A stretch of 64,000 nt of DNA from a virus (taxonomy: Duplodnaviria > Heunggongvirae > Uroviricota > Caudoviricetes), in IMG/VR virus record IMGVR_UViG_3300009709_000001, positions 128,001 to 192,000 of that record; one strand, written 5' to 3'. Within the stretch, counting starts at the first letter, position 1. Every line of letters begins with the position of its first letter. The notes beneath the pieces were generated by a model, which was not told the origin of the DNA, did no database searches, and saw only the letters and a list, made by a program, of their open reading frames with translations. Of this stretch, positions 9,503 to 18,673 are shown in pieces. The position numbers and the translations under genes were made by a program.

Positions 9503-9898
9503 TCAATATGAATCAAGAAGACTTTTCTTTCTTTGTTCTTCTGCAACTCGAGCCTTTTCTTCGGCGGCAGCCCGAGCACTTTCCTTATCGTTCTTTTCTT
9601 TAATTTTCTGGCAAACCAGAACCTCAAAATCTTCCTGCCATTTACCAGTATGCAACCAACCATAAGTTTCGGTCCAGCCTGGTTGACCACCAGTTATTCC
9701 ATAGATCTGAACTGCTTTACTAAGTTCCGGTGCCTGTGTGACATGCAAGTCTCCAGGTCGAATCGAAGCTACAGTATGATCTGCAGGCAATAACCAAATT
9801 TCGAAAGTACGACCACGGGCATGACTGCCAGAACGAATCCAAAATCTTCCGTATTGTCCTGTTTCGAACAATTCAGCGTAACCTCTTGCACCCTGCAT
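9503..9898 (-). CDS. hypothetical protein
   Basis: ORF from MQGARG. Confidence 0.55.
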   Translation of the reverse strand: MQGARGYAELFETGQYGRFWIRSGSHARGRTFEIWLLPADHTVASIRPGDLHVTQAPELSKAVQIYGITGGQPGWTETYGWLHTGKWQEDFEVLVCQKIKEKNDKESARAAAEEKARVAEEQRKKSLLDSY

Positions 9899-10167
9899 AA
9901 TCGACTTTCTTGAATTAGTGCTATGTTGGTAAGACGGTTTTATAGGACCCAACCAAACCATAACTGATCATGACTCCTGTTATGGGCATACCGATCAAAC
10001 TGCGTTCACAAAGCGATGAACGTCGAATTCTTCACGTAATTCGAATAAGAACCCCTAGGGGAACACAACGTGGTTTGCCTAGAAACCATAACCAGACATC
10101 GTGCCGGATGTCAACGGATAGGGGTGTCTGTTAAGACCAACCATCCCCGAGTTCTTTAATCACGACC

Positions 10168-10427
10168 CTAGCGACCGCGATGATGTCCATGTGGAACTCC
10201 GTGAGTTCTGTAGGCCAGCCACATGGCATGTAACGCACTTCGTGACGAGGACCGTAGAAGAAATAGAGATTTGCTCTCGAATCCCAGTAATAATCTCTTT
10301 CGTATTGCGGATAGGCAACTACCTCGACCGCAACTTCGGGACGAACTCTGTATTCGCCACGCACCGGTGCAACAACACATCCGGCTAACAACATTGCTGC
10401 ACCGAGTGCAGTTAGAATTGCTTTCAT
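10168..10427 (-). pseudogene. small lipoprotein with apparent frameshift near 10215
   Basis: Lipobox LLAGC; the C-terminus YRTHGVPHGHHRGR* continues in another frame. Confidence 0.5.
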
Positions 10428-10443
10428 ATCAATTCTCCTAAAA

Positions 10444-10520
10444 TGGTCGGAGTACAAGGATTCGAACCTTGGACCTCTTGCTCCCAAAGCAAGCGCACTA
10501 CCAGGCTGTGCTACACTCCG
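10444..10520 (-). tRNA. tRNA-Pro(TGG)
   Basis: Loop TTTGGGA, CCA. Confidence 0.9.
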
Positions 10521-10828
10521 ATATTCATATAGTGTAGAAGTTTGGTTAGATTCTTATAATTTTCTAAACCACCTACTACGGTATTACATCTATTACACAA
10601 TATTCCTCGAACTTTTCCGGTAGAATGATCGTGATCGATAAATCCACCTTTATGTCCGACAAACATTTCTATTTCATTTTCGCACAGGCAGCATTTCTTA
10701 TCTTGACTTTCGTACAACCTTATTTGGTCATTTCTAGTCAATCCATACCTGTGCTTGCCGTCTTTGCAAACTCTGCAAGCATAACCCGGTAAGTTATGTT
10801 CCTCTCCACAATACTTGCATGCCTTCAT
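10511..10828 (-). CDS. endonuclease VII-type HNH endonuclease; stop inside tRNA-Pro
   Basis: CxxC...DHDHSTGKVRGILCNRCN. Confidence 0.8.
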   Translation of the reverse strand: MKACKYCGEEHNLPGYACRVCKDGKHRYGLTRNDQIRLYESQDKKCCLCENEIEMFVGHKGGFIDHDHSTGKVRGILCNRCNTVVGGLENYKNLTKLLHYMNIGV

Positions 10829-10871
10829 GCAAGTATTTATGAATTAGCGCTTGATCACAGCGCTTTTTCAT

Positions 10872-11120
10872 TTAACGCTTCATGAATTGGAGGCCGGTGT
10901 AAACCAAGCATCCAACAGTGACTAGCGACCACAGAGCCGCAGCCGAAATACCGGTGACAAAAGCCACACCAGTTACAAACAACCATGCAACCAAGAAAAA
11001 GATCACGAAGGATGCAATAGTCCCGATAATTTCACCGGTCTCGGTACCTTGCGTGCCAGTCAGATTGGTAATCTGATTTGCCAGCTTGTTAATCCATGTC
11101 ATCAACATCATCTTCTCCAA
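10872..11120 (-). CDS. small membrane protein
   Basis: Hydrophobic C-terminal half. Confidence 0.5.
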   Translation of the reverse strand: MEKMMLMTWINKLANQITNLTGTQGTETGEIIGTIASFVIFFLVAWLFVTGVAFVTGISAAALWSLVTVGCLVYTGLQFMKR

Positions 11121-11127
11121 AAAATTA

Positions 11128-11622
11128 GTGCTTCGCGGTATACCTAATCCAATTGATACTTTTGCTAACGCTTCAGCTCGCGGTTTAGAACATTGCAGAA
11201 GTCGCGGAAGAACCCAACTTCCACCCTTGCATGACGGCCAGGTGATAATTTAACGTGTCTACCCCAGAATAACTCCATGATTCTGGCATTATCGAACGAC
11301 GTTTTCCCTTCAAAATGAAGTGGCACATAATGGCTTTACAGGCTACCAGCGGACTCTTGTAACGACGTATTCCGCAGTTTCCGTGAATTCGTGTTTCATC
11401 TCTTAGCATCCGATTCTAGAGATTAACGCTTCAACTCGCGAAACAGTTTCAAGTCATGTCCAGGACATTTATCTCTCAGGCAATTACCCCACCAAATTCA
11501 GTAAGCAGCATTGGTCGCTCTGCCTAAAATTTTACATCGTTTGGGCGAAGATGCGAATATGGACTGGCTCAAGGTTTATACTCCTTGGTCGTTATCCGCG
11601 CCATCTAAGGCACGCGCCATTG
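11128..11622 (-). ncRNA. ROOL-like large ornate RNA
   Basis: Blocks recalled from ROOL RNAs (GGGGTAATTGCC...ATAAATGTCC, GGAAACTGCGGAATACGTCGTT, TATCACCTGGCCGTC, GCAAAAGTATCAATTGGATTAGGTATACC); ends approximate; recognised from memory, not searched. Confidence 0.6.
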
Positions 11623-11625
11623 ATT

Positions 11626-11701
11626 TGGTGAGTCCTACCGGTCTCGAACCGATGACATTCTGCGTGTAAGGCAGATGCTCTACCAACTGAGCTAAAGACC
11701 C
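11626..11701 (-). tRNA. tRNA-Val(TAC)
   Basis: Loop CTTACAC, CCA. Confidence 0.9.
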
Positions 11702-11892
11702 GAATTCTTATAAAATATCCATGTTTCCCTAATATCAAACCACTGAGCATAAACCGATTGTCTTAATCGCCATCCGGCAATTTTCAATATAAGCTTATCT
11801 TCAGGTGTCGGAAGGTATCACACAAATTGAACTATGGCGATCATCTTCGTATCTGTGTGATACCTTCCGACCAATAACGGCAGCTCAATCAT
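11692..11892 (-). CDS. small ORF with in-frame TGA (11818-11820); terminal stop inside tRNA-Val
   Basis: MIELPLLVGRYHTDTKMIAIVQFV*YLPTPEDKLILKIAGW...KNSGL*. Confidence 0.35.
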
Positions 11893-11895
11893 TGC

Positions 11896-12168
11896 TTAAC
11901 TGTTGTCTATTTTGCCTTTTAATACTGCGATTGTCAATACTTCCGGGTCTATCTTTCCTTTAATTAGTCTGACTGATGTAACCAATTCAGTCATTTCATC
12001 AAGTTCCCATTCGCATCCAGCCCATTCAAAGGTGGATGAAAAGTATTCACAAAATCCAGTCGACCTGCCCCATTTAACCTGACCATTGTCAATAGCTGTT
12101 TTCAACGTATAAAGATACGCTTTTGGAAAATTGCAATCGACATGATCTAAATTATCTGGCCAAGCCAT
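11896..12168 (-). CDS. hypothetical protein
   Basis: ORF. Confidence 0.55.
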   Translation of the reverse strand: MAWPDNLDHVDCNFPKAYLYTLKTAIDNGQVKWGRSTGFCEYFSSTFEWAGCEWELDEMTELVTSVRLIKGKIDPEVLTIAVLKGKIDNS

Positions 12169-12363
12169 AAAATACCTTTTTGCTACGAATGTCGAGACTC
12201 CCAGGCCGTGTATTCCCCTCGAGTGGGTTAAAGGACTTGCACCTAGACCGATATACGAATTTCGTAGTGACCATTGCTCCTGCCGAGTAGCTTGCCGACA
12301 TTACATCTGCAAACATCGTAGCAAAAAAGCACTTCATAATTGTATGACATTTTTAACGGTTTG

Positions 12364-12849
12364 TCAAAACCCTTCTGCATTGCAAAATTCAATAACTTCC
12401 TCGATAGGAACCTGTCCAAAAAAGGACATGGTAAAAATAATCCTATCAGTTTCGAGATTGAGTACAGAATGGAATTTCTTCACATTCAGTAATGTCATTT
12501 CATTTGGGCGGTATACCAATTCCTCAATATTGCACATCGCACTTAAGGATGTTGCCTCTGTGAAAATAGTATGAGATTTGTATGTCCCCAAAGACATATT
12601 CAAGGCACAAGCTCTTTGAGCATCTTGGTGCCAATGGTAAAACGTATTTGCCCGTTGCCGAACAAGAAAAGGATCTACCGAAAACTTTTCCTTCAATCTT
12701 TTCAACACGGGATCTGTATCGAGCATCTCAAGTGGAATACTCGATAAATCAGCATCTTTCCGTATCGACCAGACTAAATCATTCCTTCTGGAATATTCAG
12801 TAAGTTCATCAGTAATTACCGACTTAGTCGGCAATGTATAGAACAACAT
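12364..12849 (-). CDS. 2OG-Fe(II) oxygenase/cupin-like protein
   Basis: HxD (WHQD), distal H (FHSV) and R. Confidence 0.6.
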   Translation of the reverse strand: MLFYTLPTKSVITDELTEYSRRNDLVWSIRKDADLSSIPLEMLDTDPVLKRLKEKFSVDPFLVRQRANTFYHWHQDAQRACALNMSLGTYKSHTIFTEATSLSAMCNIEELVYRPNEMTLLNVKKFHSVLNLETDRIIFTMSFFGQVPIEEVIEFCNAEGF

Positions 12850-13241
12850 TTGAATAACTATTCCGCTTTATCACCAAATCGACAGTACCATAGGACGCAG
12901 TTTTAAAGAATTAGTGATGTACGCACAATTCCAACCTACGGCATAGGGGCCAATTATTCCCCCAATCCACATGCCAGCTTTACGCACAGAAAACCAGCAA
13001 ACACATGGGCATCCATACACTCCTGACCTCGGTCGACAACCGATATAGGTTAGGGACAAAAATGCACAGATGGTCTTGGTATCGGACGGGCCGTACCGGT
13101 TACTCAAAAACTTAGAGGCTGCAACAATACCGCGGCTTTAACATACCTACTTTCGTACAACCGTCTATACGCGAATTCGCATAAACAGCAGGTCTACCAG
13201 TCCAGGCGACAAATGTCGCGCGTTGCTTTTCTGCATAACCT

Positions 13242-13326
13242 TGGTGCGGGTAAAGGGACTCGAACCCCCACGCCTTGCGGCGCCAGAACCTAAATCTGGT
13301 GCGTCTACCAATTTCGCCACACCCGC
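13242..13326 (-). tRNA. tRNA-Leu(TAG)
   Basis: Loop TTTAGGT, long variable arm. Confidence 0.9.
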
Positions 13327-13369
13327 ATAACTCAACTAATTATTGCAAATCTACAAGAAAAATGCAAGT

Positions 13370-14764
13370 TTACCTTAGTTGATAAGAAACATACTTATCA
13401 ACAAAAGCCTTAGTTCTCACTTTCATTGAATCCCAATCGTGTTCGTCACGTCTGAGTTTCATAATATCTTCAAATGAATCACCAAGTGCAGTCATTTCTG
13501 TAAGCAACCATCCAGCAGGACGACTTCTACCCATTGCAACTTGATTGAGATCTTTTGCGAAAATTGATGCTTCGTATGCATTCCATTTATCATTATACCA
13601 CATAAAGGTATTCTGTGGATCTGGAAATGTATATCCGTATTCTTCGCAATTTACCTCAAATTCACTTTTCCAAACTTTGTCAGGTATCCTATTTATGCTT
13701 AGTCCGAAATAACCCCAGGCATACATATCGTTATCGACACACCATTTTTCAGTGTCAAGGATATCTTCTCTTGATTCGCCAGGCAGGCCGATAATCAACG
13801 ACATATACCAGTTAATTTCATCTCCCCAGAAATCTTTCAGATAAAGGAGATAATCTTTAGCATACTTTCCATTCCAACCCTTACCTACGGCGCGACTTGC
13901 ATCCTCATGAAAACTTTCAATTCCAAAGTGTGCAGATCGCATTCCACTATCTTTCAAGCGTTGTGCCATTTCAGGATTGGTACCGATAAGATCCAATCTA
14001 TTATAACCGATCCACTGCAACCTGAATGGCAATGATTGCGCAATATCGGCAATCATATCAACCTTTTCCATGCTTTCGTTTACGGTATCATCCTGGAAAT
14101 AGTATTTTGTGGTTCCCCACTTTTCGTAATTCCGTAGCATCTCTTCTTTAATAAGATGCGGAGCACGCATATAGGTGCCGGGTTTCTTTCCGATCAATGG
14201 ATAACTACAGAATTTACACTTGAATTTACAACCACGAGTTAGCTCAATTGTGAGTGGTTCTGTGGATTGTATAAAATCATCATCGTGCCTAGAATGTTCT
14301 AAACAGGTAATATCGAACAGTGTTCTTCTTACCAATTTACTACTATTCTGATCCATCCATTGTAGAATTGCATCTTCTGCAAATCCATGGAATTTTACCC
14401 AATGAAATTTGTATGGTTCTCGATAGGATTTTGATCCACCAAGTATCCAAAAGACATCGTGTTTCGATTCTAATTTTTCACGTGCATCAATTACCCATTG
14501 TGGTTCCAGGAAACCTGTGAGTAATTTATCGTGCTTGAAATACAGGTCCCAAAAAGTCGAACTTACTCCAATTGCTAGAGTATCGGCGCCTATGTGCTTT
14601 TCGGTAATTGCAACTAATTCATCTGTCGACATGATGTGACAGAAATCAATTACCTTTACCGTGTATCCGTGCTGTCTAAGCCAAGATGCAATCTGAGTTG
14701 CACCACCTGTTCTTACAGGGGCGTATTCGACTGCAACATTTGACCAGAGTATTAAATTTGCCAT
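13370..14764 (-). CDS. B12-binding-domain radical SAM protein
   Basis: RGCKFKCKFC; N-terminal IASWLRQHGYTVKVID; GIES and IIGLPGES. Confidence 0.85.
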   Translation of the reverse strand: MANLILWSNVAVEYAPVRTGGATQIASWLRQHGYTVKVIDFCHIMSTDELVAITEKHIGADTLAIGVSSTFWDLYFKHDKLLTGFLEPQWVIDAREKLESKHDVFWILGGSKSYREPYKFHWVKFHGFAEDAILQWMDQNSSKLVRRTLFDITCLEHSRHDDDFIQSTEPLTIELTRGCKFKCKFCSYPLIGKKPGTYMRAPHLIKEEMLRNYEKWGTTKYYFQDDTVNESMEKVDMIADIAQSLPFRLQWIGYNRLDLIGTNPEMAQRLKDSGMRSAHFGIESFHEDASRAVGKGWNGKYAKDYLLYLKDFWGDEINWYMSLIIGLPGESREDILDTEKWCVDNDMYAWGYFGLSINRIPDKVWKSEFEVNCEEYGYTFPDPQNTFMWYNDKWNAYEASIFAKDLNQVAMGRSRPAGWLLTEMTALGDSFEDIMKLRRDEHDWDSMKVRTKAFVDKYVSYQLR

Positions 14765-14784
14765 GCCAATATTTATTGGTGGCG

Positions 14785-15177
14785 TTATCTCTTTAGGATT
14801 TTGTTAGGTTTTGACTGTTTCCGTGCATAACGAACAGTCATCCAAGTTCCACTACGAACAATCTCTTTATCCTGCTTAGGAGTTGCGATAAGATAATCTG
14901 TTTGATTTACGATGTTCTTATCTCTTGGTGTATAAGCCATCAACTCACGCATGATGTTGCCAGTGCGAAACGCACGCTGCTTATCACTCAATGGCGGGTG
15001 TACCACAATAATTGTATCCGGGCAAAGAGCACGAACAATATCGTGTGCTTCAGCATCTGCACCAACACAATCACCGTGATGAAATTCTACTGGATTGAGT
15101 CTCATAATTTCAAGGGCAAAAGCCTCTTTCTGTTGCGCACTCATTCCTTCTCTTGTTCCTGTAAATCCTACTTTCAT
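14785..15177 (-). CDS. SLOG/DprA-like nucleotide-binding protein
   Basis: GFTGTR, HHGDCVGAD and SGTWMT motifs. Confidence 0.65.
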   Translation of the reverse strand: MKVGFTGTREGMSAQQKEAFALEIMRLNPVEFHHGDCVGADAEAHDIVRALCPDTIIVVHPPLSDKQRAFRTGNIMRELMAYTPRDKNIVNQTDYLIATPKQDKEIVRSGTWMTVRYARKQSKPNKILKR

Positions 15178-15446
15178 CCAAACCTCAACCTGAAGGCTAC
15201 AGCATCGGCTTCATTCTTGAATGCATGAGCAATCTTGAATTGTGCAAAACGACCAATTTCGGGTCCACTGTAGACAACTTCTTTGCCAATAACCACATGA
15301 CGTTCGCTATACGGATGAAGCCATTCACCAACTTCTGGCGAAAATGCTTCCCGAGTATAACGATAAACAATAAAAGGATATAGAGCTTTGACAGCTTCTA
15401 TATCCTCATGATATTTAGCAGTGGTTAATCGCTCAATATTCATCAC
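15174..15446 (-). CDS. hypothetical protein
   Basis: ORF. Confidence 0.55.
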   Translation of the reverse strand: MMNIERLTTAKYHEDIEAVKALYPFIVYRYTREAFSPEVGEWLHPYSERHVVIGKEVVYSGPEIGRFAQFKIAHAFKNEADAVAFRLRFG

Positions 15447-15886
15447 ACAAGATCTTTGAGTTCAAGATACATTGCATGATACTTTTCGAGACGTGTAATA
15501 TCCTTCGGCGTAATACCCTTGAGGCGACGAATGTCGCTGTTATGGCGCAGGTCGGCAAGCTTAACACGAATTGCATCCGGATTTGCCTTGATGCGTGCCA
15601 GGTATTCTTCGTTGGTTTCACCGGGCACTTTTGTCATAGCACGAATGCCAGCAATGATACGCTCTGTAAACCCCATTTCACGCAGGCGAGCGTAGGTGAC
15701 AGTCTTACGATCTTCGACCAGATCATGCCCGAGTGCAATACATTGAAGTTCTTCATCTTCAGACTTCAGATAATGCATCACCTTCAGGCAATGGAGAATA
15801 TAGGGCACGCCCTGCTTATCGTAAATGCCATCAAACTCGGTCGTAGCAAGAACGAGCATTTTATTGAGTTGTTCGCCGGGCTTCAT
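15443..15886 (-). CDS. HD-domain small alarmone hydrolase-like protein (Mesh1/SpoT type)
   Basis: PYILH, HDLVED and VKLADLRHN motifs. Confidence 0.8.
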   Translation of the reverse strand: MKPGEQLNKMLVLATTEFDGIYDKQGVPYILHCLKVMHYLKSEDEELQCIALGHDLVEDRKTVTYARLREMGFTERIIAGIRAMTKVPGETNEEYLARIKANPDAIRVKLADLRHNSDIRRLKGITPKDITRLEKYHAMYLELKDLV

Positions 15887-15896
15887 ACTCTTCTCC

Positions 15897-16175
15897 TTAG
15901 GTAAACGATTCGCCCCATTGGAGCACAAACATTGTCGCATCACTTTCACATCGGAAAAAGATCTCCGCAAAATAGAAAGACTCGATCTGTTTGAATTTGC
16001 ACCCCGACTTAAAATGTTCAGAAAGCCAGGCCTTGATTTCATCTAAACGTTCTGGTTTGTTTACCAATGTAAACTTAATTTCAAACGGCGATTTCACCGA
16101 CGACTGATTCAGCGTGGTGATCCAATATTTGTCTGTCGACGGCTCAATGGGTTCAACTGGGTTCGAAAAGCTCAT
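15897..16175 (-). CDS. hypothetical protein
   Basis: ORF. Confidence 0.5.
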   Translation of the reverse strand: MSFSNPVEPIEPSTDKYWITTLNQSSVKSPFEIKFTLVNKPERLDEIKAWLSEHFKSGCKFKQIESFYFAEIFFRCESDATMFVLQWGESFT

Positions 16176-16191
16176 AAGATCTCTTGTAAGA

Positions 16192-16306
16192 ATTGTGATC
16201 CCGGATCCGCCCCGGGTCTTCCAGCTTCTAGCCCACTTTACGAGCAGACTAATGAGATATCCTTTTAAAGGATAGTAGGTATGCTTCTAAGTACACTAAT
16301 CACAAA
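16192..16306 (-). ncRNA. aberrant tRNA-like RNA with expanded central region and no CCA
   Basis: TGTGAT/ATCACA acceptor-like stem, D-like TAGTGTACTTAGAAGCAT, T-like CCCGG-GGCGGAT-CCGGG. Confidence 0.4.
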
Positions 16307-16386
16307 TTTTGTATACCGCTAACGGAATTGAACCGAAAAGTTGAATATGCCATAGCAGTGATTTCACCCTCCAGGACGGTATTATT

Positions 16387-16463
16387 TGGTGCGCCTTGTG
16401 GGATTCGAACCCACGGTCACGGATTTAGAGTCCGCTGCTTTAGGCCGGCTAAGCTAAAAGCGC
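16387..16463 (-). tRNA. amber suppressor tRNA (anticodon CTA)
   Basis: GCGGA-CTCTAAA-TCCGT, intact cloverleaf and CCA; own promoter TTGACA-17-TAAAAT at about 16477-16505. Confidence 0.9.
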
Positions 16464-16511
16464 ATGTCTTAAGCACATTTTATTAGAATGTGCTAGATCT
16501 GTCAACTGAGT

Positions 16512-16820
16512 TTAGAACCTGAATAATTTCCATTTACGGAAAAAATTACGAGATTCCAAATCCGAGATCGGCTGAGTACAGATTGCGCTGTAACCCATTC
16601 CGTTATCGGGTTCATAAAACATATAGAACTCGATACCTTTTCCATCAAGCTTCATAGCGATATCTTCCAGATCCTCTTGGTCTCTGGCCGATAGCAAGAT
16701 GAGTGATGAAATCTCTCGATCAGTTGTTCGTTTTCCGGCTTCGTGACATGCATGTCCAATCTGAACAATTTTCTGTTCAGGGGAAATGTCTTCACGAATA
16801 AAGGTATAGATGTAACTCAT
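16512..16820 (-). CDS. Pth2-like fold protein
   Basis: Y.FIREDI, VQIGHA, FYEPD and AICTQP pattern. Confidence 0.6.
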   Translation of the reverse strand: MSYIYTFIREDISPEQKIVQIGHACHEAGKRTTDREISSLILLSARDQEDLEDIAMKLDGKGIEFYMFYEPDNGMGYSAICTQPISDLESRNFFRKWKLFRF

Positions 16821-17170
16821 TCGATTTTCATCCTCGAAATTTCGGTGGCTAGATTTTGAAGCAAGACTTTGTCCTCCTCATCCAACCAAGAATAAACTTC
16901 CGAGTATTTGGCAAGTCGTAACGAGGTCATCAAGCATCCGTAAGGTTCTGCACCATTGGATAACTTAACCTGATTGGTTATTGGTTTAAACGACTTGAGA
17001 AGTCGATGAATTGCACCCTCTTTACCATAACCTTGCGTTATGGCAGTTCTCAACGTATCCACATCGGGAGTCTTGAGAAGTGCTCGGTAGACGCAAAGCG
17101 CGGCTACATCTTTAGGGGTGATTTTATGTGCGGCAGCGAGTGCCTTCCATTGTTGGCGAATATCTTTCAT
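16817..17170 (-). CDS. hypothetical protein
   Basis: ORF. Confidence 0.55.
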   Translation of the reverse strand: MKDIRQQWKALAAAHKITPKDVAALCVYRALLKTPDVDTLRTAITQGYGKEGAIHRLLKSFKPITNQVKLSNGAEPYGCLMTSLRLAKYSEVYSWLDEEDKVLLQNLATEISRMKIE

Positions 17171-17292
17171 TTGTTTCTTCCTATAAAAATTAAGTGGTTT
17201 ATTTCGGGGTGTTTAACAGTGAAATAAACATTTAGGAAGAATTAAAGTAAACCTACATCATAGTAGTTTCTCCGTAGTTGAACAGTTATTTA

Positions 17293-17613
17293 TTATTCGT
17301 CGTTGCGAAGAAGGATATTTTCCCATTTTTGGGACTTGAGTTCGAGCTGAGTTTTAAGCAACTCGAAAACTTCTTCTTCGGTTTTATCTGCGTGAACACG
17401 CCGAAGTACATCGATTGCAGTAATGATCACATCTGCAACTTCACCCTCAACAGGTTCTTTCAATTCCTTGTGCGGAAGAAGGCCTTCGTGTTTGTTGACT
17501 GCTTCAGCCAATTCGCCACATTCTTCCGTAAGCTTGATCATCCTGTTTGCAAGAGGCCAGCGGTGACGCGTGCTTTGATTAAGGATAATACCGATTAGTT
17601 TTTTAAGTTTCAT
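17293..17613 (-). CDS. MazG-like NTP pyrophosphohydrolase
   Basis: KLTEECGELAEAV...EVADV. Confidence 0.8.
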   Translation of the reverse strand: MKLKKLIGIILNQSTRHRWPLANRMIKLTEECGELAEAVNKHEGLLPHKELKEPVEGEVADVIITAIDVLRRVHADKTEEEVFELLKTQLELKSQKWENILLRNDE

Positions 17614-17626
17614 ATTCTATAAAGTT

Positions 17627-17677
17627 TGGTAGATCCGCCCGTTTCAAAGACGGGAATGCTCATACACCATGGATCGA
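17627..17677 (-). tRNA. T-arm-less tRNA-Gln(TTG)-like RNA
   Basis: GATCC...CCCGT-CTTTGAA-ACGGG C GGATC TACCA. Confidence 0.5.
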
Positions 17678-17701
17678 TATATCTTGTATATCGATATACC
17701 A

Positions 17702-17795
17702 AATCTGTGTTTATGAATTTAGGTAGTCCTACTTTCAGCGCGTCCGCCTAGTCGTGTGCCGCACACTGTTATACCTAAATTCATAAACACAGATT
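17702..17795. repeat. perfect 24-bp inverted repeat with 46-nt spacer
   Basis: AATCTGTGTTTATGAATTTAGGTA ... TACCTAAATTCATAAACACAGATT. Confidence 0.9.
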
Positions 17796-17883
17796 AGAGC
17801 ACAAGGGGGAATCGAACCCATTCTTGCGAACACCAGTTTCTTAAGCACTGGGCCGGCGGCCATACCGGTTCCTTTTATACGTG
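17796..17883 (-). pseudogene. degenerate tRNA-Leu(TAA)-like sequence
   Basis: Loop CTTAAGA, variable arm and T loop present; acceptor poorly paired, no CCA. Confidence 0.4.
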
Positions 17884-17896
17884 TTTATGGAAAAAA

Positions 17897-18015
17897 GTTA
17901 GTTAAGAAAAGATAGTTGGACTCGAACCAACAACCCGATAAATCGTCCCTGTTCATTCAAGAACTCAGGCCGTCATCCCGCCTCTTTCCAATTGGGCTAC
18001 ACCTATTAACTAACT
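17897..18015 (-). ncRNA. tRNA-like RNA with enlarged anticodon region inside a 10-bp closing stem
   Basis: AGTTAGTTAA...D arm TAGCCCAATTGGAAAGAGG...GTTGG-TTCGAGT-CCAAC...TTAACTAACT. Confidence 0.45.
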
Positions 18016-18028
18016 CTCAACAATTGCA

Positions 18029-18604
18029 TTATAGCAACTCTAATAACTTTTTGCAATATGAGTTTTGTGACATCTTCTCAATAAATTGATGACCATACGG
18101 CGAGGAATCAGCAGCAAAGAATAATGTTAGTGAACCGACTAGAATAACTATCGACCATCTAAGGAATTTTAGAAGTCTTATCATTCCGTGGAAAATTCCA
18201 GAGAACAGCTTTCTAATTAATTTCCAGAGATCCTTGTCTCCAAATTCTTCCACTTGCTCTTCAATGGTTTTCTTTGGTTTCAGGGACTCTCTATATCGAA
18301 TTAACTCCTTGACAAATTTCCAACCAGCATCAGTGAGTGTTAGAGTCGGAATATTGTAAATCTGATTACCGACTCCGTTACTGATTGTAGATCCCGAACC
18401 AAAAATATTAATTCGTTCAATTTTAAAATCAATTAATAACTTCGAATCATAGGATGCTTTTTGCAAAATAGAATAATACATTGCAATCTTCCCAATAAAT
18501 CTCTGATATTCGATTTCACTATCGACTGAACATGCTAACTGAATAATGCCGCCATTATTGTAAATGTCGATAATCACATCTTGAATATCCACTCGATAAT
18601 ACAT
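18029..18604 (-). CDS. hypothetical membrane-anchored protein
   Basis: ORF with C-proximal TM. Confidence 0.5.
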   Translation of the reverse strand: MYYRVDIQDVIIDIYNNGGIIQLACSVDSEIEYQRFIGKIAMYYSILQKASYDSKLLIDFKIERINIFGSGSTISNGVGNQIYNIPTLTLTDAGWKFVKELIRYRESLKPKKTIEEQVEEFGDKDLWKLIRKLFSGIFHGMIRLLKFLRWSIVILVGSLTLFFAADSSPYGHQFIEKMSQNSYCKKLLELL

Positions 18605-18673
18605 TTTGTGATTTTAAAGAAGATAGAAAATTATCATCAAAGTTCATGATTGCCCTGTTGGTAAATAAAAATT

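Noticed and set aside
11185-11409. ORFs 11185..11409, 33140..33370 and 33383..33637
   Set aside because: They lie within the ROOL-like and GOLLD-like RNAs and lack protein-like composition.
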